In this document: positions 56,897-64,000 of the stretch, in pieces
Layout of the letters: every line of letters starts with the position of its first letter
Position numbering within the stretch: position 1 is the first letter of the stretch
Source of the DNA: a virus
Length of the DNA stretch: 64,000 nucleotides
Direction: 5' to 3' (one strand)
Virus record (IMG/VR): IMGVR_UViG_3300006043_000050
Location: 6,954-70,953 of that record
The notes under the pieces: generated by a model
The model's database searches: none
What the model was told of the DNA's origin: nothing
Seen by the model: the letters and a program-made list of their open reading frames with translations, nothing else
Made by a program: the position numbers and the translations under genes

Positions 56897-58096
56897 ATGG
56901 CTAAGATCAAACTCACTAAGTCCGCTGTCGATGCGGCGCAACCCCAGGCAGAGGCCGTCGAACTCCGGGACACGCTGGTCCCCGGCTTCCTGTGCAAGAT
57001 TACCCCGGCGGGTCGCAAGGTGTTCATGCTCCAGTACCGGACGAACGCTGGCGAGCGCCGCAAGCCCTCGCTAGGACTGTACGGGGAGCTGACCGTCGAA
57101 CAGGCGCGGTCGCTGGCGCAGGAATGGCTGGCCCAAGTCCGCCGAGGCGGAGATCCCGCCGCAGAGAAGGCGGAGGCGCGCCAGGCACCTACGGTCAAGG
57201 AGCTATGCACGAAGTTCATGGAGGACTACTCCAAGAAGCGCAACAAGCTCAGCACCCAAGCCGGCTATCAGGCTGTCATCAATCGCAACATTATTCCGCT
57301 GCTGGGACGCAAGAAAGTTCAGGACGTGAAGCGTCCTGAAATCGCCGGACTGATGGAAAAGCTTTCGTACAAGCAGACCGAGGCGAACAAGGTATTCAGC
57401 GTCTTGCGCAAGATGTTCAACATGGCCGAGGTATGGGGCTATCGGCCCGACGGTACCAACCCTTGCCGTCACGTCCCGATGTTCCCTGCCGGCAAATCGA
57501 CTCACCTCATCAGCGACGAAGAAATGGGCAACCTGTTCCGACAGCTCGACAAGATCGAGTCGGAGGGGCTGGAGAACTACGTCATCCCTTTGGGAATCCG
57601 CCTGCAGTTCGAGTTCGCCGGCCGCCGCTCGGAAATCATCGCGCTGGAATGGAACTGGGTTGACTTGCAGAACCGGCGCGTCGTCTGGCCTGACAGCAAG
57701 ACAGGCGGCATGTCTAAGCCCATGAGCGAGGAAGCCTATCGGCTACTCTCGACGGCACCCCGGCAGGAGGGTAGCCGCTATGTGCTGCCTTCTCCTAGCC
57801 ACGCTGGCAAGCATCTAACCACGGGCGAGTATTACGGTGGCTGGAGCCGTGCGCTCAAGGCGGCTGGCGCTACGCACGTGGGCACGCACGGCATCCGCCA
57901 CCGTTCGGCGACCGACATTGCCAATTCGGGCATCCCGGTCAAGGTCGGCATGGCGCTAACGGCGCACAAGACCGTCGTCATGTTCATGCGCTACGTCCAC
58001 ACCGAGGATAAGCCGGTGCGAGAGGCGGCCGAACTGGTGGCGAATCGGCGTAAGACGATCACCGGGATGCAGGGAGCCAAGGAGGTGGCCGCATGA
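56897..58096 (+). CDS. int: Tyrosine integrase, Tn4371 type
   Basis: MAKIKLTKSAVDAAQPQ...; catalytic GRRSE, K, HGIRH, AHK and RY residues. Confidence 0.95.
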   Translation: MAKIKLTKSAVDAAQPQAEAVELRDTLVPGFLCKITPAGRKVFMLQYRTNAGERRKPSLGLYGELTVEQARSLAQEWLAQVRRGGDPAAEKAEARQAPTVKELCTKFMEDYSKKRNKLSTQAGYQAVINRNIIPLLGRKKVQDVKRPEIAGLMEKLSYKQTEANKVFSVLRKMFNMAEVWGYRPDGTNPCRHVPMFPAGKSTHLISDEEMGNLFRQLDKIESEGLENYVIPLGIRLQFEFAGRRSEIIALEWNWVDLQNRRVVWPDSKTGGMSKPMSEEAYRLLSTAPRQEGSRYVLPSPSHAGKHLTTGEYYGGWSRALKAAGATHVGTHGIRHRSATDIANSGIPVKVGMALTAHKTVVMFMRYVHTEDKPVREAAELVANRRKTITGMQGAKEVAA

Positions 58097-59160
58097 CCCG
58101 GCGCAAGGCATCCGTCTCAGCGCCAGCAGCGCCGCCCGCGCTGCTGGGCGACATCCGGGCACTGATCGAAGCGTCGCGCCAGCGCGTCGCCTCGGCGGTC
58201 AATGCCGAGCTGACATTGCTGTTCTGGCGCATTGGCCAGCGCATCCATACGGAAGTGCTTGCCGGGCAGCGGGCCGGGTACGGCGACGAAATCCTGCCGA
58301 CCCTGGCGGCGCAGCTTGTCCGCGACTACGGACGTAGCTTCGCGGACAAGAACCTGCGCCGGATGGTGCAGTTCGCCGCCACCTTCTCGGACGAGCCAAT
58401 TGTCGTGACGCTGTCACGACAATTGAGCTGGTCGCATTTCGTGGCGCTGCTGCCGCTAAAAGACCCGCTCCAGCGGGACTACTACGTGCAAATGGCCAGC
58501 GCCGAACGCTGGAGCGTGCGGACGCTACGCGAGCGCATCGACTCGATGCTATACGAGCGCACGGCGCTGTCCAAGAAGCCGGACGAGACGATCACGCAAG
58601 AGCTGGCGGCGATGCGCGATGCGCAGCGCATGTCGCCGGCGCTGGTCATGCGCGACCCGTACATCCTCGACTTCCTGGGCCTGCGCGATACCTGGCAGGA
58701 AGGCGACCTGGAAGCCGCGATCATCCGCGAAATGGAGTCTTTTTTGCTGGAGTTGGGCGCGGGCTTCTCTTTCCTAGCCCGGCAGAAACGCATCCAGATC
58801 GACGACGAGGATTTCCACCTGGACCTGCTGTTCTATAACCGCAAGCTGCGGCGGCTGGTGGCGGTGGAGTTGAAGATCGGCGAGTTCAAGGCAGCATACA
58901 AGGGGCAGATGGAGCTTTATTTGCGTTGGCTCGACAAGCACGAACGCGAACCGGAGGAAGCCTCGCCGCTGGGCATCATTCTTTGTACCGGCAAGAAGTC
59001 AGAGCAGATCGAGTTGCTGGAGCTGGACAAGTCGGGCATCCACGTAGCCGAATACCTGACGACCCTGCCGCCGCGTGCGGTGCTGGGGGAGCGGTTGCAG
59101 CAGGCGACCGAACGGGCGCGGTTGCAGATCGAGCAGCGGCAGCCTGGCGAGAAGTCCTGA
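58093..59160 (+). CDS. yhcG: YhcG/DUF1016-family PD-(D/E)XK protein
   Basis: LSWSHF, RDPYILDFLGL, LELGAGFSFLARQ and DLLFYNRKLRRLVAVELKIGEF. Confidence 0.93.
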   Translation: MTRRKASVSAPAAPPALLGDIRALIEASRQRVASAVNAELTLLFWRIGQRIHTEVLAGQRAGYGDEILPTLAAQLVRDYGRSFADKNLRRMVQFAATFSDEPIVVTLSRQLSWSHFVALLPLKDPLQRDYYVQMASAERWSVRTLRERIDSMLYERTALSKKPDETITQELAAMRDAQRMSPALVMRDPYILDFLGLRDTWQEGDLEAAIIREMESFLLELGAGFSFLARQKRIQIDDEDFHLDLLFYNRKLRRLVAVELKIGEFKAAYKGQMELYLRWLDKHEREPEEASPLGIILCTGKKSEQIELLELDKSGIHVAEYLTTLPPRAVLGERLQQATERARLQIEQRQPGEKS

Positions 59161-59399
59161 CAGCAGCATCTGTCCAACCGTACACCCAAACCACAGCACG
59201 AGCATGTGGCAACGGATCTCTTGCTCTATCGAGGCTCCATGCTAGTGTGGAATCGCCATAGGCCGATAAGGAACTGGCCTGCGGCTCAAGGATGCGCTGG
59301 GGCTAGTGGGCGCGAGCGCCCAATCACATGATTATCGCGGGCAGCAGCGCCATGTTCTATGCCGATCGCTGTTTTAATTAAATATCTCAAACTATAAAG

Positions 59400-60647
59400 T
59401 CAGTTAATTTTTTCAAAATATTCACGAATCAAGTCATCATTTTTTAAATACGAATCGAGAACCTGAAACAGAAAAAGATCCCCGCTAATATTTATATCAA
59501 ACGGGATCATTGAGTTATCTATTTTGAATGTCTTTATTTTTCTATGCCCCTTGATGTTGGCATTGCTCAATCTTTCTTGATAGCTATCCAACGTATATAC
59601 GATAAATTCGTGATCCAAGTGAGTTATAAAAAAATCATCGCCTTTTGAACTGTATTCAAGATGGATGACTTGCGTTACGACGTCGTCGCCTGCCACCTCA
59701 AAGTCCTCCATCAATTCTTCAAAAGTCAAACTTAGCTTCTCTGCGTCATGGTGAATCCATAGATTGTTCTCATATTTATCGGTGGAGTAGAACTTTGACA
59801 ATCTAGGAAGGGAAGATATTTTCAATCGCAACGGAGCGCCAAACTCCATCTCCTCCATTGCAGGGACATAATCGGAGACGTAATCAATCCTGAATGCTAT
59901 TTCGGACAGCATTCCTTTTTCAATGAGTTCCTCGATAGAGGTAAGCAGCTTCCTCGGAACTTTTATCCAGAAGTGTCGCCCTATGCGTTCATCGCGTATT
60001 GTCTGACTATCCTTGTCGTTGAATATCTGAATATTCTCGTTCAGGCTGACAAGACTATATTTAGAGAACTGAGCATCTTCCTTTCTTATGTCAATTCCAA
60101 TTTTCTCGTACTCACGTTCAACTACCTTGGAATATTTTAGCTCCAGCATCTCAGCCCTCCCCATGATTGATTGGTGCTTGGAATAAAAAATGCAGCCAAT
60201 GCGATAATTTGCGTAATTTTCTTTTATGTACGAAACACCATCTTCGTCATGGATATGCTTGTAGGAATTGTTGAGAATTTCTAGCGATCCCGGATACTCG
60301 TTGAGATAATTATTTAAGTAGTCCATTAAATGCTGGATTGTCTTTATAGCCAATCGCTTGTCCACTAGATCAAGCTGTGGCCCATAAAACTTGGCTGCGT
60401 TTGGATGGTCGCGTTTGGCTTCAAATTCTTTCAGAATGGCCGCCTTTTCATTCATGCAGCCCTCCGTATAAGCACGCATTACGTCTGCCTGAAAGCTCTC
60501 ATTTGCCAGAGAGGTTTGGATGAGGGGAAGCAATTTCTTGACAAAGATCGGGTCTTTATTAAGAAAGACGTAGCAAAATTTCCCAAAGCTGAATAACGCG
60601 ATTTTTTCCGAAGAAAATTCATTGATTTCTTCAAAGATATTTTTCAT
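59400..60647 (-). CDS. Hypothetical low-GC cargo protein
   Basis: 415-aa ORF that is visibly AT-rich and co-oriented downstream of gajB; no family recognised. Confidence 0.8.
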   Translation of the reverse strand: MKNIFEEINEFSSEKIALFSFGKFCYVFLNKDPIFVKKLLPLIQTSLANESFQADVMRAYTEGCMNEKAAILKEFEAKRDHPNAAKFYGPQLDLVDKRLAIKTIQHLMDYLNNYLNEYPGSLEILNNSYKHIHDEDGVSYIKENYANYRIGCIFYSKHQSIMGRAEMLELKYSKVVEREYEKIGIDIRKEDAQFSKYSLVSLNENIQIFNDKDSQTIRDERIGRHFWIKVPRKLLTSIEELIEKGMLSEIAFRIDYVSDYVPAMEEMEFGAPLRLKISSLPRLSKFYSTDKYENNLWIHHDAEKLSLTFEELMEDFEVAGDDVVTQVIHLEYSSKGDDFFITHLDHEFIVYTLDSYQERLSNANIKGHRKIKTFKIDNSMIPFDINISGDLFLFQVLDSYLKNDDLIREYFEKIN

Positions 60648-60935
60648 ATTTTTTACTCAACTCGCCGTAGTCCAAATAGTAAGCGACGGAACCTTGAGCG
60701 TCTCCACTTTGTGGATCGCGCTGCTCCACGTTCGCTATTCGCTCATCCCTGACGGGACTGGCATTCGCCAGCCCTCCACGGCCCGACACTGTGATCCGGG
60801 CCTGCGCGCTCCGCTTGCATGTTGAGCTGGCGACAGCAGGGCATGCAGAGCGAGCCGCGCGCAGATGATTCAGCCAAACGCTAAACAAAGCTGTAGGGCA
60901 TCCCATAGAGAGCGCGGTTGCGCTACTCGTGATTT

Positions 60936-62735
60936 CTATGGAATTTGATCGTATCCAAAACTGCATGAGGCAAGCTTGCGAGTTACTTGATACTCTTCGC
61001 CAGAATACTGGCGAACTCGACCTCGTTCCGAAACAAGGTGCAGGTTCTTCCTTGCCCGCGAACCAATGACATACAGCAATTTCATCGCGCTTTCTTGACC
61101 GTTCGGATCATTGAAATGCGGCACCATATCTTCTAATAATGCATAAGCGATCACTGCATCGAACTCGGCTCCCTTGACGCCGTGTATCGTCGAGATGGTG
61201 ATTCCAGTCCTATGCTGAAATACCTTCCTGAATGTCTCAATATCGCCTATAAATTCGCTACCTTCACTCTTCAATCGATTTACCCGGGCTTGCGAACTAT
61301 CGAAGAAGGCAACGTGATGCTCTTGAAGCAGCGTGAAAAGGCGAAAGTCGATTGCTAAGTTTGCAAACAGACGCTCGAAAAATGCGCTCAAGTAGGTAAG
61401 ACCATCTGTTTCATCGATCTTAATTGCATTGCACTCCCTCAACAAGGACCTCCGCGTGAGCTTCGACACGCTAGCCCCGGCCGCCTCTAGGTCATTCAGA
61501 ATCTCCCCGGCCCACCGCAGTCTGCGCACATACATTCCCGGCGATGCCTGAGTAAGTGCAATCTTAGAAAGCCTGTACCAGAAATTCTCTGTGTCCCGTG
61601 CAAAGGGAACCATACCGGGGCCATCGAATGAGTACTCCGGCATGCTGGCGACCAAACGACGTGTCATGCTTGCAAGATGCGTCCACTGTGGCGCGAGAAT
61701 GCACACCTCGTGAGGTGAGATGCCCATAGTCTCAATGTTGAAACGGATGAGCCGGATGAGCTCAGCGTCCAGATCATTTTTGCTCACTGTGTCGTCGAAT
61801 GAAATAAGGCTTGGGTACGCCTTGTCCTCGGATGCGGCTTCGATGCGTGTGTTGTGAACGTTGTAGTTTCCGAAGTACTCAATGATGCGCTCAGAAGAAC
61901 GGTAGTTCCGCGACAGTTCGAGTTCGTCCAAATCGATATTGGCCATCGCCTTGAAATCCTCGAAGGCAATCGGATATCCGCCAAGCGATTGATAAATCGC
62001 CTGGTTAGGATCTCCGACAATAAAGGCCTTGGTCGCACCTTGACCAGCTTTCAGAATGGCGGTGATGATCGAATACTGAATTCGTTTGGTGTCCTGATAC
62101 TCGTCGATCAGCACGAAAGAGAACAACTGTGCCAGAAGAGTGCTGATCGCAGGATGACGTGCGATCAGTTGGTACGCATAGTAAAGAATGAGCTCAAAGT
62201 CTAGCTGCCGACTTTCGTGCAGAATCTCAAAATACTTGCCCAATATGACGTGAAGACCCGAATGCTTCCAATCTTGTGGGCAGGAGAGCACATATCCAGT
62301 TTCGGTGTAATAAAACTCACAATCCCAGAATGTTATTTTTGGCTTCTGGTAAGGCTTGCACAATGCCTCCAGGATTTTCTCGCGCTCATGCTGATCGATC
62401 ACACGGAAGCCTCGATCCAACGCTTCGTGATAGATGCCGTACGGTTTCAATATCCATTCAAGACAGAACGAATGTATCGTTCCTATCCATAATCGGGATG
62501 TATCCACCCCAAGGCTCTCAATGCGCTCGTGGATTTCGTCGGCGGCACGGTGCGTATAAGTGATGGCAACGACAAACTGCTTGTTCGATTTCAGCCTGGA
62601 CAACTCATAGGCGATTTTGTAGGTGAGCGTGCGCGTTTTCCCGCTGCCCGGGCAAGCGATGAGAAAGACGCTCCCTGGCTTCAGAATGGCTGCTTCCTGC
62701 TCGGGATTCAGATCATCTTTGTTCCACATGAACAT
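60936..62735 (-). CDS. gajB: UvrD-like helicase (Gabija GajB-like)
   Basis: ACPGSGKT, IDEYQD, VGDPNQAIY, NYRSS and STIHGVKGAEF; 2 nt from the OLD gene. Confidence 0.8.
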   Translation of the reverse strand: MFMWNKDDLNPEQEAAILKPGSVFLIACPGSGKTRTLTYKIAYELSRLKSNKQFVVAITYTHRAADEIHERIESLGVDTSRLWIGTIHSFCLEWILKPYGIYHEALDRGFRVIDQHEREKILEALCKPYQKPKITFWDCEFYYTETGYVLSCPQDWKHSGLHVILGKYFEILHESRQLDFELILYYAYQLIARHPAISTLLAQLFSFVLIDEYQDTKRIQYSIITAILKAGQGATKAFIVGDPNQAIYQSLGGYPIAFEDFKAMANIDLDELELSRNYRSSERIIEYFGNYNVHNTRIEAASEDKAYPSLISFDDTVSKNDLDAELIRLIRFNIETMGISPHEVCILAPQWTHLASMTRRLVASMPEYSFDGPGMVPFARDTENFWYRLSKIALTQASPGMYVRRLRWAGEILNDLEAAGASVSKLTRRSLLRECNAIKIDETDGLTYLSAFFERLFANLAIDFRLFTLLQEHHVAFFDSSQARVNRLKSEGSEFIGDIETFRKVFQHRTGITISTIHGVKGAEFDAVIAYALLEDMVPHFNDPNGQESAMKLLYVIGSRARKNLHLVSERGRVRQYSGEEYQVTRKLASCSFGYDQIP

Positions 62736-62737
62736 GA

Positions 62738-64000
62738 TCAGAACACCGCGAGTACATCGTTGATGCGATCATCTGGGAACGTGGCAAGCATCTCGTTTCG
62801 GATGCCGACGAAGTCGATGTCTCCATTTCGGAAGGCCAGCAGCTTGGCCCTAAAGTCGTCGAATACGGCAGACGCAGTGAAGATATCTTCTGCATCGATG
62901 TAGTTCACGCGGTAGCTCAGCACGTTAAACCAGACTTCCTTAGTGACCACCGGATGCGCAAAAGCGATGGCGTCCAAGATGTACTTCGGAATGGCGGTCT
63001 GCGGATCGATCTTCTTTCCCAGCAAGATGGCAAACCATCCCTTGCCGTAGTTGTCCGCCATGGTCAATGCGCGCTGACCGAACAACGCGATGTCCGCTGA
63101 TTCGAGCTCCGCCTTGGCCGTCGCGATGGTTGGTGCATCCTTGTAGACATCAGGAAGGATGCCGACCACCTTACGCGCATTGCCGGCGGCAATGAAGTCG
63201 ACCTCGAAGGTATGGGGGGCAAAGAATGGAGAAACCCACCCGTTATCTTTGAAGGTGTCTTCCAATAACGCTTTCCTGGCGACCCCTTTTTCCTGGGATG
63301 CCTGATACTTGCCCTTGCGCCGGAGCAGCCCTTCGGAGTCTCCCGCCGCCGGCGTTGTGTCAATGATGGACTTGTCAAGGTCGGTGACGATGCTGCACCG
63401 CTTCCGGATTCGGGCATCATCGAAAAGAACCGCGACGTTCTGAAATCCAGTGCTGCGGATATTAATTAAACTGATGCCGAGTTCATCAAGGCTGACGCCT
63501 AGCACGTTCTTGATCAGGATCGGAACGAGAATTTCTTCTGCATCGCCCTCCACTAAGAGGACGCTCTTGGCAAACAACAAGTTGCTACGGACAGCATCCA
63601 GGTAGCGTTGAATGTTGCCGATCTCTTCTGGGTTTAGGCCAATTGCAGGCTGGTATGCCTCGCAACGATCACCTTCTCTGCCGAGGATGTTCACGTTCTG
63701 AACATTGCTGACCTCAGAGATGTGCGTCGAATGGGTCGAATAAATGATCTGTGTGTCGTCGTATTTGAGCTTGTCGAACAGTGTTTTCTGGATATGTGTG
63801 TGAATGTGAGCTTCCGGCTCTTCGATAAGCAGAAAGTTGGCGATCGACTGTTTAGCCTTTTGATACTTGAATTCAAGCAGTTTCAACGTGAGGAATATCA
63901 GGTTTGCTCCACCAAGGCTCAGCTCGTGGATCGGTCCTTCGTGGCTCTCCCCCGATTCGCCAACGAACAGCTTGAGCGACTGGAACAACTTGTCAGCTTC
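62738..64000 (-). CDS. gajA: OLD-family ATP-dependent nuclease, C-terminal part (Gabija GajA-like)
   Basis: LSLGGANL, LLIEEPEAHIH, YSTHS and TOPRIM LLVEGDAEE...IVTDLD; frame open to the window edge. Confidence 0.82.
   Translation of the reverse strand, partial: EADKLFQSLKLFVGESGESHEGPIHELSLGGANLIFLTLKLLEFKYQKAKQSIANFLLIEEPEAHIHTHIQKTLFDKLKYDDTQIIYSTHSTHISEVSNVQNVNILGREGDRCEAYQPAIGLNPEEIGNIQRYLDAVRSNLLFAKSVLLVEGDAEEILVPILIKNVLGVSLDELGISLINIRSTGFQNVAVLFDDARIRKRCSIVTDLDKSIIDTTPAAGDSEGLLRRKGKYQASQEKGVARKALLEDTFKDNGWVSPFFAPHTFEVDFIAAGNARKVVGILPDVYKDAPTIATAKAELESADIALFGQRALTMADNYGKGWFAILLGKKIDPQTAIPKYILDAIAFAHPVVTKEVWFNVLSYRVNYIDAEDIFTASAVFDDFRAKLLAFRNGDIDFVGIRNEMLATFPDDRINDVLAVF

Larger units (their letters stand above)
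56714..64000. mobile_element. Tn4371-family ICE, left end and cargo
   Basis: TTTTTTATTTCACCATGACTCCAG...CGCTGGACTACGC...GATACAGCAGGTTTATCAAT resembles my recollection of Tn4371 left ends; followed by the characteristic integrase. Confidence 0.8.

Noticed and set aside
56897-58096. Integrase as the prophage's own int
   Set aside because: It lies outside the att/terminator, behind a Tn4371-like end, and is followed by yhcG, so it belongs to the ICE.
60631-60966. 111-aa ORF between gajB and the 415-aa gene
   Set aside because: No recognisable motif or RBS, and it overlaps both neighbours; more likely intergenic or remnant DNA.

Overview
Most of the window (1 to ~56,690) is a Pseudomonas-type temperate prophage of about 60-62% GC, with gene content like the F116/Hollowayvirus group. 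The minus strand carries the late region: a giant ejection/polyvalent protein running off the left edge, tail genes, a GT2 glycosyltransferase, a tail fibre, an embedded lysis cassette, an N4-gp56-type capsid, portal and terminase. The early-right region (ninG, replication initiator with iterons) and a cro/cI switch with 14-bp operators follow. The plus-strand early-left operon contains AlpA, a Rad52/Sak-like protein, a DnaQ-like exonuclease, RdgC, YejK, two DNA methyltransferases, a PAPS-reductase-like gene and many small ORFs. The prophage ends at a tRNA-3'-like att remnant. A Tn4371-family ICE sits in the T-tract of the next terminator and carries an integrase, a YhcG-like nuclease, an unknown low-GC gene and a Gabija-like OLD/UvrD pair. 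The standout is at 41,244-42,619: three non-coding units built from 5-nt GGC-NN repeats, separated by a conserved hairpin with compensatory changes, directly upstream of a RAMP (Cas7-like) gene and a winged-helix-like gene. This looks like a compact, phage-encoded RNA-guided system in which the variable dinucleotides form a non-contiguous guide. Other notable patterns are a seven-copy phage late-promoter motif, three distant clusters of GTCAC/GTGAC iteron-like motifs, and a LexA-boxed antisense gene. No database searches were run; product names come from motif recognition by eye.
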